Assembly (NCBI RefSeq): GCF_009914755.1
Contig: NC_060937.1
Length of the DNA: 64,000 nucleotides
DNA from: the human T2T-CHM13v2.0 reference genome, Homo sapiens
Reading direction: 5' to 3' (one strand)
The translations under genes and the position numbers were made by a program. Below, piece after piece: positions 26,771 to 39,324 of the stretch. The stretch's first letter is position 1, and every line of letters begins with the position of its first letter. The notes under the pieces are model-generated. The model ran no database searches and had not been told where the DNA came from. It saw only the letters and a list, made by a program, of their open reading frames with translations.

Positions 26771-28859
26771 ATATTTGTATGCTTTGTTATTTTAAAATTG
26801 GACATCACCTCCACTGTACTCCTTCAAACAGCACAGAATAATGGTATAGTTTTTTTTTTTTTTTCTCTCTCCTCTTAGTGGAGCACATTTTCACCATTCA
26901 GAGCAGAAACCTTTTAGGTTATAGCTTAAAGAAAACTAAAGGAGTGCAAAATGCTAGGCCTTTTCCTCCTTGTAATGTTTGAAAATTCTTGAAGTTGGTT
27001 TGTTTATTTGGAGGGGATGGGGGCATAAACAGTGTAAGCTCAATGATCAATGCTAACATTCTCTAAAACAAAGACTATTGGGTTCATAGCAAACCTTGGC
27101 AATGTGAGAAGGGGAGGTATGTGTAGAAGAGATTATATACCTACTTTACTCGCTTTAAGGGTGCAGTAAACTGTTATGGCTTTTTTGAACTTGAATGTTA
27201 TTATGTGTGGCATATCTTATAATTATTTGTGCTCCTTGGAAGACTATTTGAGCCTCCTCATTCCCTGCAATCTTTTAAGGTAATTGCTGACTGCAAGGAA
27301 AGTGATTAGTAAGGCAGAGATGAATAACTAGAGGTCTCTTGCCACAATGTTTTGCCAGACTAATTCAAATCAACTCTGGGATGTAGGTCTTTTGAAATTT
27401 CTCTAACTTTTCTTTTCTTTTATACTTCTTTGAAGGAAGATTTATCGTCTCAGGTTATGCATGTGAAATATGGAACAGATTATTTTCAGATAGTGTCCCA
27501 AACGCTACAGCCTCAGAACTTTCCTATAGGTGATGTTCTATAGAAAATGTGCATTTCTCTAGGATGAGATTAACCATGGGAATCTTATGTACAGTCATAA
27601 TTAAATAATAAGGTCCTTGTAGGCAGTCTATCTATGAATAAATCTTTGTCTTGTTTTAAGGAAGCCTGCTAAAAATCAACACATATTGCCATATGAAAGT
27701 GAAATTTGCAGCCTGAAATGCATTGCTAGAATAGGTTGATTATGATGGAAGGACAGACAGTTTCTTGAAGAAATAGAATAATATTCAGGCAACATGTCCT
27801 CCATATGTAGCCGTCATATTAGAGATGACAAATGGGGACATTCCAAAGGTGTCCAGATTGCTCAAGTCATTTTGTATTATGCAAGATGGAGTACTCACCT
27901 TAAAAAATAAAAAATAATAAATTATAAAAACCTAGAACTTTCGGAGTTCACAAATTGCTGAGCTTTCAAAAAAAAATCAATAATGAAGTCAACATGTAAC
28001 CTTCATGCACACTGTGGAAATAGAGTGACACATTGTAGCTTATAGCTAAAACACATCTGAGTTTGATTTTTATGAGAATGTTCTTATCACACTGCTGTAA
28101 AACTGCACTGTTGTCATCAAGTAGATCAACAAAATGGGCATAACATTTAGTGATATGACATTTGGTGATATTAACTCCCTTGGGATTAGCATACTCTGCT
28201 GAGGCATAGCCCTTTTATGCAATTTTAACTAATCATGATAGTTAAGGGCTGGTTAATTAACAATGTTTCAAAGATATAGACAATAGACTGTTAAATTTAT
28301 ATATATCAGAATCCTAAATGTTGACCAAAGCAAAAATTTATCAATATGAGTTTGTTAGCCAAAACTGTTTTCACTTAATTTAGATTTTATTTTGAAAATG
28401 CATTCCAAATACAAAAACTATTACAATGTTTGTATCTTATTAAAAAATGAATAGAATCATCTGTCTGGACATACAGCAATAACTCTTTCCAAGGCATACC
28501 TGTCATTTAGTTTAATAACTCTAATGAGATCCTTTTATTGCCATCTGTGTCTCAGACTAATAGGCATTTCAGGCTTTATAATTGGAAAAAAAGAGACAAA
28601 GTTACAGCTAAAGTTGATTAAAGATGACAACAACATTATAACCATATACAAAAACGAATAATCACAAGTTATGCCTTGAGAATGGTCTTTTTAACATGAA
28701 ACCATGGAAGAAGGTATAAAGTTCATGTATATATAGTATAATATCTCAAAATAACTGGTTAATAATGTTGTAAGTTTTATTTCCTTAAGATAGTCATTAC
28801 TTATTCCAGAAATATTTGCATAATGGCAAAAATAGTGTATATGTTAAATCAAAATACTC

Positions 28860-29617
28860 CTTCACTTAGCCAATGTTTATTCAACTCCTTTTATGGAAGT
28901 AAATTCTAGATGCTAAGGATTATAGCAGGAAAAACAAGGAAAAGCAAAATAATGACAAAATCTGCTGTTATGGTACTACATTGTAGTGGAGGAAAATAAA
29001 CAATGAAATAATAAAAAAAAAAGTTTGTCACGTAATACTAAGTACACAGGGAAAATAAAGCAAGGAGGGGTAAAAAAATGAAATGGAGCAAGGGTAATAT
29101 TTAAAAATGGATGCTCAGGGAAGCCTCACTGGAGAAGTCATTGAAACTCACTGGAGCCCACAGTATCCTGGACTGAGGAGAAGGTAAGTACAAAGACCCT
29201 GAGGAAGGAGCAAGCCTGGAATAGTCACTGAGCTTTCAAAGCACCGGTGTGGCTGCTGCAGTGGGGTTGGAGGAGTTGTATGAAATGAAAACCCTTGGGG
29301 AGCCAGAGGAGATCATTTAGGGGCTGTTGGATAAATGAAGTTGTTGAATTTTTCTTCAAGTGAGATGAGAAATTTTAGAAGAATTTTGAGTATTCCGTGT
29401 TATCTGATTTGTATTTAAAATAGACTGTGGATCCTAGAACAAGTGTAAAAGCAAAAGGCTGTTGAAAAAAAATCCAGGTAGGAGAAGATAGTAGCTTGGA
29501 CCAGTATGGGGTGATGAAGGTCCTGAGAGTGGTCAGATTCTACACATATCTGGAATTAAAGCATACAGATTTGCTGATGATTTGGTTTGCAAGAGGAGTC
29601 AAGGATGATGCCAAGTT
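28860..29617 (-). mobile_element. L2 (L2a-like) 3' portion
   Basis: caaagaccctgagg...gagtggtcagattct...gatttgctgatg...gaggagtcaaggatgatgccaagtt are L2 reverse-strand motifs. Confidence 0.8.
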
Positions 29618-29688
29618 CAAAATAATTGCCCGTTTTGTAGATGGCAAAGCCAAAATGAATATTCTCTTTCAAAAGTAATCTTATATCC

Positions 29689-30156
29689 CAGGGTTCTCTA
29701 AGCCGAGAACATTGGTAAACAAAACTCACAGATTCTGCAATCTGGAATGGGAAAAATTTCATCTTCATCTTTATAAATTTAGCATTACTGTAATTATAAA
29801 GGTAGACAACAAACCACTGTAGAATTAACAATGTCTGTAGCTTTATCACCAATAGAATTCACATACGTATTCATATTACCTTATATTTGGTGCAGATATC
29901 TGAAAATGTCATTTATACTCATCACTACTTCCCAATAATTACTACCAATTATATCTGCTGCCAGACCTTATGATTTAATATGTTCATTAATAAGCATATT
30001 TATCAAAATTAAAAATATCTTTATAACTTCTTTATGTTTTCTTTGTAATAGTATGTGTTTTATTTTAGGGATTTTTAGACATTATCCTGAGAAGGTCTTC
30101 ACAGGCTTCAGGAGAAAGTCAAAAGGGCCCATGGCACAAAAATGTTAAAAATCCTT
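29689..30156 (+). mobile_element. Charlie4a-like hAT DNA transposon
   Basis: TIR-like cagggttctctaa.../...ttaaaaatcct; internal gacaacaaaccactgtag, ctcatcactacttc and ccatggcacaaaaa. Confidence 0.75.
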
Positions 30157-30227
30157 TTTTCAGCCATATGCAATAGTATACACCATTGGAGATTATACCA
30201 GCATGTGCTCTCAAGGACAATAGGAAA

Positions 30228-30453
30228 AATAATTATCAAGTATTGCGTGCTTACTATATGCCAAGTACATTATCTAATTTATTTCCCATCACAAATCTCA
30301 GAGGCAGAGATTATCCTTGTTTTATATAGAAAAAAATATCGGCTTGGAAAGAATAAATAACTTCTACAAGGTCATACATCTTGCATGTGGAGATTCAAAT
30401 TTTAGTCTGTTTCCTAAGTGCATCCTCTTAACCATCAAAATATATTGCTTCCC
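30228..30453 (-). mobile_element. MIR SINE
   Basis: gcttactatatgccaagtac...ataacttctacaaggtcataca...ctcttaacca. Confidence 0.7.
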
Positions 30454-30581
30454 ATCATGGAAGAATGAAAACTGATGATATAAAACAGCTTGTAGGAACT
30501 CTCTATCAAGAAATGGAAGCTGAGGCACTATATAGCCACTTGTTGGGGAGAAAAGATAGAATAAAAGCAGCCAAGCAAATA

Positions 30582-30802
30582 TTTTTTTTCTTTTTCTCCC
30601 TCCCTCCCCGCTCCCTGTTTCCCCTCAGTCCTCCCTCCTCCCCACTTTCCTTCCCTCCCTCCCTTCCTCCTTCCTTCCTTCCTTCTTTCCTTCCTTCCTT
30701 TGTTCCTTCCTTCCTTCCTTCCTACCTTCTCCCCTCCCACCCTTCTTCCCTCTTTATCTTTTTTCTGCTTTTCCTTCCTTTTTTTCTCTTTCCGTTTTCC
30801 TC
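30582..30802. repeat. (CCTT)n/CT-rich polypyrimidine tract
   Basis: about 220 bp almost entirely C/T, with ccttccttcc units. Confidence 0.95.
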
Positions 30803-31299
30803 TGGGCAATAAGCATTATTACTTTTCTATCATTTGAATCCTGTGTGTTCATTGGAAAGCATTTGTGCCATTCACAGAGATGGAAGGATTAAGGAAAAGA
30901 TTTGCTAGAATGCAACTTTATGAGGTAACTGCTGTTAACATTTTGAACACCATCCTTCCACAAACCTTATATTTTATACATACTTACACAAAAATATGTA
31001 TATAATTTCACAAAAATAGATTCAAATAGTACATGCTTTTTTCAGAAAAAAAAATAGTATCCCCTTGCTCTTACACTGCATTCACAATTGTGTCCCACTC
31101 CTCATCCCACACACCCCACTTTTAGAAGAAGCCATCATATACACTTAATGTCCTCTCCTGAAAAATATGGCAAGGGCAGTGATAGGATTCAGTTAACCAT
31201 TGACTGATAGTAAGGATTCATGTATCAAGGTGTGGGCTGTGTTCACTGTATTCTGACTGCAGGGGTTTCACTTGTGGCCCCCATGTTTATCAGTCCTTA

Positions 31300-31460
31300 C
31301 TGAGCAACTTTTGGCAACATGCTTAACACACGAAGATCTTTCTTTCTCCATGTGTAAAATGAGGATAGTAATAATAGGTACCTCACTGAGTGATTGTGAG
31401 GCTTAAATGAGTTATTACATGAAAGCTGTATACAAGTGTCTTACTCAAAGTAGGAAGCTG
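31300..31460 (+). mobile_element. MIR SINE
   Basis: catgtgtaaaatgaggatagtaataataggtacctcactgagtgattgtgaggcttaaatgag. Confidence 0.75.
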
Positions 31461-31867
31461 TAATTCTTGTTGCTTTCTCACAGTCTTGGGTTGGACCCTT
31501 CACCTCACCAGAGGAGGGCCTGGGTCACAAATTGAATCAAGTCCCATGGGAGTGGCTCTTGGTTGATCAACCAGTAGGTCAGCTCAAAGTCCACCTTGGA
31601 CCCCAGCATATTAGTAACATTCTTTGCATTTTATAAAGGAAAACATTGTCAGATTTCAAAGAACTTGAAAAGCATATCAAGATATTGTTTAATAAATAGG
31701 TGACACAAACTCATGTGATATATACTTTTTTTCAGAAATAAAGCAATACATGCCAAATGAATACTTAATTTCATAATGATGGTATGTCATCATAGTTATA
31801 CTTTATATGTTGGATATCTATATTATATATAATTATACATAACTGTAGTTAGACATCTAACTGGACT

Positions 31868-32452
31868 TTTGTTTTTCAAATTTTATTTTGGAATCAAGGG
31901 CACCTGTAGGTTTGTTACAAAGCTATATTGCATGATATTGAGGTTTGGGGTGTGATTGAACTGGTCACCCAGGAAGTGACCATAGTATCCAATAGGTAGT
32001 GTTTAGCTCTTGCCTCCCTCCTTCTCTAGTAATCCCCAGTATCTATTGTTTCCCATCTTTATATCCATGTGTGCCCAATGGTTAGCTCCCACCTATAAGT
32101 GAGACTATGTGATATTTAGTTTTCTGTTTCTGCACTAGTTCACTTAAGATAATGGCCTCCAACTCCAGCCACGTTGCTGCAGAGGACATGATCTCATTCA
32201 TTATTATGGCTGCATAGTATTCCAGGTGTATAAGTGTCACATTTTCTTTATCCATTGCACTGTTGATGAGCACTTCAGTTAATCCCATATTTTTGCTATT
32301 GGGAATAGCACTGCAATGAACATATGTGTGTGTGCTTGTGTCCTTTTGGTAGAATGATTTATTGTCCTTTGGGTATACACTCAATAATAATATTGCTGGG
32401 TCAAATGGTAGTTCAACCCTTAGTTCTTTGAGAAATCTTTAAACTGTTTTTC
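31868..32452 (-). mobile_element. L1PA15/16-like 3' end
   Basis: ggtttgttacaa...attgcatgatattgaggtttgggg...agctcccacctataagtgaga; ORF 32082..32384 is a degenerate ORF2p C-terminus. Confidence 0.9.
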
Positions 32453-33178
32453 AAGTATTTCATTTTTATCACTGTGATTAGAGCTTGCTAAGAAAACTGA
32501 TATTTTAAGTCATTCCTACCTCTCATTTTTATATTTTTGTGTGCTCCAAGATTGGCCAGGGGCTATACAGAACAACGATTTTTACTCATTGCTGACAATT
32601 TGTAGTTGACCAATTGAGGCATAGAAAAGGAAGAAAAACAATACAAAAATGAAGCATAATTTACTAGGAAAGATTGTTTAACAGTATTCTACGGCTTCTC
32701 TAACAGTTTCATCACTTGCAGTGGTTTCATCAGCTTCAGTATGTTATGAAGAAAGCATGAAAGGTGAGATGTTATCACATTCTAAGGAAAATATTTACTT
32801 GCCAAGTAAAAGAGTTTGCACCTATTTTCACTTAATCTGCAAGCCTCAGTTAAAGATAAAACGTGTTTTCATTACAACTCTGAAAATGTCAGAGAATGAA
32901 TCTGGAAGGTAAGTAGATTGGAACTATTTTAATCACTAAAATATGAATGAATATTGTATTTGTGATTTTTAAGCCATTATTTTACTTTTGGCTTGTGTAA
33001 GTTATTGTGCAATGAGTTCCTCATATTTAGTATTCATTGTTTAATATACTTATTTTTATTCATTCATGAATTTCAAAGTTTCCTAATTGAGCATTTGGTG
33101 TGACAGCATATTCATGATTTAACAGACTTCAAACAAATCTCTTCACAGCCTCCATATTTTCTCTATTGCCTTAGGCAG

Positions 33179-33691
33179 AGTAGGGGGGTTCAAAACTTTA
33201 CCTCCTGGCCTCTAAGAGTCTCAGCTGGGCCTGAGAATTAAATTGACATAAGATAGATTAACAGGAGAAAAGCACAGATATTTTTACAAGTACAAGGGAG
33301 CCCCCACAGGAAATGACCCAAAGAAGTGGCCAAAGCTAAATGCTTATATAATAGGCTGAACAGAGGTAGGCAGGTGTGGAAGTAACTAAAATCTATGGGA
33401 AGGATAAAGGAAAGTAAGAGCTATTTTAAGAAAGTCTGTTTGTACAGATTTTTCTGGGTTTCAGCTCCCCATCTCTAGTGACAAGAACATTTCTTCTTTC
33501 CTGGTAAGGGGAAAGCATTTTTCACATGAGAGTTTTCTCCCATCTCTGGTGATAAGAATGTCTGTTTATTTGTCCTCCTATAGGGAGGCCAGAGTTTTCC
33601 TTTTGTATCTGCTGGTTTTTTAGTCTTTAGCTCAAGATTCTTGTTATGCCAAAGTGGCATATTTTAGGGTGACGTATTCTGCCATCCTGCA
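33179..33691 (-). mobile_element. MER34-family ERV1 solo LTR
   Basis: minus strand starts tgcagg...cagaatacgtcaccctaaaatatgccactttggcataa; 4-bp TSD gcag at 33175-33178 and 33692-33695. Confidence 0.8.
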
Positions 33692-34264
33692 GCAGCAATC
33701 CTCTGAGAGCAGGTTAGCCAGCCTTCTCCTTCTTCACCCTAAAGCCATGATGCTTTCCCAGGCATTCAGTATTGTTAAGTTGAGTATTATTCAATACATC
33801 ATCATTTTTCCTGCTCTCAGTGGTACATTGAACTTCTGTCTTCAGAAAACAGGCAGTAATGATTCTGATGTCCTTGTTCTGAGTGGTAATTTATCACTTT
33901 AAGCTATGTAATCCCATCAGCTTGTAAGTATGGAATATATTATTTTTCACTAAGTACATCATCTTGTACATGTTCCCATTGAAGCTTATCTCTTGCTTTT
34001 TAACCTGTTAGCCTTTTGAAATTGGTATGTACTTTATTTCCTTTAGGCTCAGAGTTACTTCATTATCAAGAAAAGTTTATACTGCTGTAAATTCGGAAAT
34101 TATACTTCTTCTAGATCATTTTAAAAATGCTAAATAAGGTCATTCTCACGACTTATCACAAGGATATCTGTATATTCTTGCAGTTTACCTTAATGTAGTA
34201 TTTGCACTTGAAGTCTCTTCAAAGCCGTCTAAAGAAATAGTCAGATATGTGTACATCTTTGTCC

Positions 34265-34470
34265 TGGAATCACAGCATTATTTATATTAGTGATCATTTA
34301 GAAACAAGCCCAACATCCAACAATAGGGTACTACTTAAACAAATTATGGCGTTTCCACATTACATAACAGTCATGAAGCTGGAGAGAAAGTTTAAGTAAA
34401 GTTAATGGAATAGGGAGATATTCACTGCTTCATTAAAATAAATGTACAGATTATAGTTTGTGTAAGCAGC
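34265..34470 (+). mobile_element. old L1ME fragment
   Basis: cacagcattattt...gaaacaagcccaacatccaacaataggg...aaattatgg. Confidence 0.6.
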
Positions 34471-34636
34471 AGGATTACAGGATTTTTAAATGACTTTTTG
34501 TAGGCAGAGGAATTAAAGGGGATGAATTTTATAAAAATAATGATGATAGTTAATAATTGATGTGGTGAGATTATGGGTGACTTAGGTTCTTTTTACTTCC
34601 CATATTGTCAACATAGATTACTGTTGCCATCAAGAG

Positions 34637-34683
<47 letters not shown>

Positions 34684-34684
34684 A
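34637..34684. repeat. (TAAA)12 tetranucleotide STR
   Basis: perfect run, not attached to an Alu. Confidence 0.97.
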
Positions 34685-35526
34685 TGGTGGCCCATAAACT
34701 GACATTTTATTCCTGTATTTTTTCCCTGAAATTAAGGAGTCTGGTGCAAAACTTCGCCAAATGCAGCCATATTCAATGAACCCACTGATTAAACACACAG
34801 CCAGAATTCTTTCAGAATGTCCTGGCATTTCACTTGAGAACATTTCAAAGCAATTGAACAAAAGCAAAGAGTGTACCAGGAAGGTTACAGTAGGACTGAA
34901 GGGAAGAACTAGAACTGGAAAAGTCAGAGGGAGGAGTGGAGAAAGAGGATAAGAATCAGGGGTGATCAGGGAGTGGAGAAGGGCATAGCCCCAGGGCCTG
35001 GCCGTCCTGCAAGGACCAAAGGAAAGAATCTCACCTTAGAAAACTGTTCAGATTCTTTGAAAATATTCTGACCTTAATTTTTCATGATACCTTATAAGTA
35101 AAATGCAATGAGAGCCTACTGTTTTTTTTTTTTTTTAACTGGGTACTTTATGGAGGACCAATGTTTTAAATAGACATAAAAGCATAAAACATGATTTAAG
35201 AATTTGCATTGGCAATGCAGTAGGTGGATTCTGAAAGAAAGGTTACATAGTTGGTTGTATACCAAAATGACTTCCAGCTATAAAAGGGAAGAAATAAGAA
35301 CCACAGTTCCTAAAATGAGAGAAAATCTCCATGATTTTGGCAAAGGGGGAGCAAGCTTGGAAAATATTTTGTCTTTTTTAATAGCCTGAAGAGTGATCAT
35401 TTCTATGTGAACATGCCTATGCAAGGCCCACGAAACAAAAACTGTTCCTCGTACGTTTGACTCAAATTCCATCTTGTTCTGCCTTGTTTTTGAAGTCCTC
35501 ACGTTTTGTCGATCTTGCTTCACTTT
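34685..35526 (-). ncRNA. candidate terminal exon of a minus-strand transcript
   Basis: acceptor ttatttttccacag at 35527-35540; AATAAA at 34706-34711 followed about 20 nt later by CA and (TTTA)12; no expression evidence. Confidence 0.3.
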
Positions 35527-37179
35527 CTGTGGAAAAATAATATGCTATTCATGGTTGTATGTTTACAATGTAGAAAACCTCATTTATTTTTCAGTTCATA
35601 GGGCTTCTGGATTTGTAATTAGTTGCTGGGAAGTAAATAATGGTATGTTTTATTTTGAATTTAGCATTATACAAAATGGCAACAGGAGATATGTCTTACT
35701 GTAGAGTGTCTGTTCATGAGAGTTCTTTATCATCACGCTAAAGCACGTCTGCTGACCATTTAAAGGAATAACAAAATACTATTAATGACTAATCTCGTCC
35801 CCCGACCCTCCCCAGATATACACAGTTACCAAAGAAAAGGCGCTCGACAGTACTGGGGAAATTATTTCTGTTAGAATGGTAGGCCCTTTAGAAATTTTAC
35901 CATGATTTTTTGTTTTAAAAGTATCTGTACATTTATAAGAACAAAACTGATTTTGAGAGGCACCCTCCTCTATCACTAGTATATAATTCAGGAATAAAAA
36001 GAAGGCCAAATTATAAACTATGGAGTTTATATTATCTGCAGTCATATCAAATAATATGACCAAATAAAATAACTTGTGAATTTCCTAAACATAATTAATC
36101 ACATTGATTAATGACCTGAATTAACTGCTTGAATTTAGTCAAATTTGTTGAAGCAAGTAGTCCCAAGCTATGTTTTGAGTTTAGATTCTGTTTTTTTCAT
36201 TATAAAGTGAAGACGTTTTCCATATTGGAAAAGTGAAAACTGTGGATTGTTTGCAAACTAGCCAACAAAGTACGCTAGTCAGTTTATCTTGGCAAATTCA
36301 CATTTAATGTCATCCGTTGCCAGAAATCTGTTCCGTAATGATGTCATCAACAGTTTGGGATGAGAAAAGGCTAAGAGAAAAAGCTGAAAGAATGTAGACG
36401 AGAAAGTAATCCCTACGTGTTCTACTGACCATATGTCCCCCCAGCAATTTTACTTATTGGGCTATCAAACTAAAATCCTCATTTCAATCCGGTAGTCCTT
36501 GAAGTCCTTAAGTTCTTTTCTGTTTTCCCCCATAATTTCATAATGATAATTATTTTTGTCAAGCTGTTTCATTAAAACATTAATTAGTTCCTATAACTTG
36601 TGAGAAAGGTGTTGTTATTATAATTTTAGATAGAAGCACAAGTTTAACTGCATCCTTGGCATCCTGTATCATGATGTCTGTGGTGGAATGAAGAAATAAT
36701 TAGATTTTTTGGTTCCGTGTTATCATGACATGAAAAAAAAAAAACAAAAAAAACAAACTTGTGCTTGAAAAGCAAAGTAGAAGTGAAACCTTCCTTGACT
36801 TTGTAATGGCATTTATGCTGAAACACAGAACTAATGCCATGTCAACATAAGTGTATGTGACATTCCCATTAAAAAGTATTCAATTGCTCTAGAGACCCAG
36901 GGACTCCGTGATATTAATGGAGACATCAAGATATGGTCTTTGAATTTCTTTGACTAGCCATCTAAAGGTGATAGGCTGAACTGTCTTTAAATACCATGTG
37001 TGAGAGCTTAAAATCTGGGTTAATTATATATACAAATATATGCAAATTTAAATTGTATGTGTCCTACAAGTATTCTAAGACTGAAAATATTCTTGTTTGA
37101 ATAAATGTGGTTATAAAATGCATTTTATAATATGGATGTTTCTCTTTTTTCCAGCTAATTTTTTAAAATTTGACGTTTC

Positions 37180-37385
37180 TTGAATGAATACTTATTATAT
37201 ACCTTCTATGTGCCAGATGGGCTAGTCTTGGATATGTCTTCACTGAGGTTATTGCTTATAAGGGAGAAAAGATATGTGCTGAAATGTCTATGGCACAAGG
37301 TGGAAAGTGAGAAATATAAAAAATGTATTTACAGGAGTTCTGGGGAGGAACATAAGACTGAACCGGGGGAGATTTTTGTAGGGAA
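37180..37385 (-). mobile_element. L2 fragment
   Basis: gaatacttattatataccttctatgtgccag followed by a purine-rich L2-like continuation. Confidence 0.45.
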
Positions 37386-39042
37386 CTCATGAGAACTAAG
37401 GGATAGCCTCGATGCTGAGGCCTGCAGAGACCAGACATGACTTAGGACGTGGATGAGGCTCACATACTTCTGAGGCCTGGGTCATCCCTTTGTGCTCATG
37501 GGATCCTGCCCATCATGGTCACTAAATTCCTTTCAATCCGTGATTCTTCCATAACTGTCACGTCAAATCACTTACTTCAAATGACAAATCTTTCACTTAT
37601 TGCAACTGCAGCTTATTCACCATTTCAGTTCGCTCACTGCTTTCTCTATTCTTGCTCACATTTCTGTTTCTACTCCCAGGACCCATAGCCTGGCTCTCTC
37701 TGTCTTTTTCTGTTCAAAGTCCTGAGAGACCATGTCATGAGTGAACTGGCTACCACCAGTCTTCTTGAATCCGACACCCTTCCCTGGTGTAGTCACCTCT
37801 AACCAGGGGTATGAAAGCAAATATCTTGCTGCCTAAACACGGGAGTGTTTGCCTTGGAATGGGCTGTAAGGACTCCTTTCCAAAGTGTGGCGAGTGGCAC
37901 CATCCTTGAAAATGGTTCAGGGATGGCATTAGAGGAGAAAGATACATGAACTGCCCTTGTCAACACTCTTGCTGTCCAAAGCCAGCCCCTCCACCTGGGT
38001 ACTGATGTCATCCCTGCCTTTCTACAAGAGCTCCTGCTAATTGGATGATTTCCCTCTCTTGAGACTATGATGGGGATTGAGCATAATTTTTAACAATCTA
38101 CAGCCCCATCTGCTAAGAGGTCATGGAGAACACATGGAAATCACATATAATACAGGTGTAAGGCTTCTCGTGTATCTTGATGAAAGAAAATTACTGAAGA
38201 GAAAATAAAATTGATTTTTGAGTGTTGAATTTGCCAACCCAAAAGAATAAAGTGATGATATTATTAAATATATTCATATAGGAAATAAGGAATAATTTTA
38301 CTGAAATTGTAGCATGAACTTAGACATACATCCTGGAATGGGAGATTTGTGATCATATTTGGCCTTACTTATCTAACATCTTATTATCTTTATCCTTGAG
38401 CCACTGATTCTTAATGCTGTAAACACTGACGATCTGACATTGACAGTTGTGAACTGCATAGGCAGTATTGCAGAGACTGATAAAAATGTTTGCACTATTA
38501 GAATCTGGCAAATAAGATTATTGTATTAACTTCTGAACATGGAATTTTATATCCAGTCAGAATCCCACGTATTTCAGTCCAAGCATCAGTGCTTATACTC
38601 CAGGCATTATCTTGTAGCATACACTGAGATAATATAGCTATACCCCAAAATGCAGAGTCATAGAGTCAGAAGGTACCTAAAATTAATGTAGTGACATCAC
38701 CCATGTCACGCAAAACTTATTTTTTCTTCCCAAGGTCTCTTAAGCCTTTTTTGAATAAATTCATTGCCAAAAGGTGTAGTACATTAAGGCTTGGTCACTG
38801 TAAATGTCAAAGTACATTCAATAAATGATTTTTCTTTGACCCATAGCATTTTTATTTTTCATTTAAAAATTTTTGAGATAATCTTAATGGCATATAATAA
38901 ATTCAACAAATGGCATGTGGCTTTTAGTAATCTCTTTCTGCATGATCAAGTAATGGTAACTTGAACTATATGGATCTGCCATTTTTATAGGTAAAAAACA
39001 TCAGCCATTTCATTTGGTTCAATAAGATATATTTTAAAAATT

Positions 39043-39324
39043 GGCCAGGTGCAGTGGCTTACACCTGTAATCCCAGCACTTTGGGAGGCTGAGGTGGTCA
39101 GATTGCTTGAGCTCACGAGTTCGAGACAAGCCTGAGCAACATGGCAAAAACCTGTTTCTACAAAAATTTAAAAACATTAGCCTGGTCTGGTGGCTCACTC
39201 CTGTCATCCCAGCTACTCAGGAGGCTGAAGTTAGAGGATCGCTTGAGCCAAGGACATAGATGCTGCAATAAGCTGTAATCACCACTGCACTCCAGCCTGA
39301 GCGACAGAGTGAGACCCGATCTCA
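39043..39324 (+). mobile_element. AluJ(b) lacking a poly(A) tail
   Basis: gattgcttgagctcacgagttcgagac, gaggatcgcttgagcc; ends at gagacccgatctca. Confidence 0.9.

Noticed and set aside
29175-29190. Perfect donor AAG|GTAAGT
   Set aside because: It lies inside antisense L2 sequence with no convincing acceptor upstream
30465-30812. Pro/Ser/Phe-rich and Lys/Glu/Gly/Arg-rich ORFs
   Set aside because: Both are products of the (CCTT)n tract
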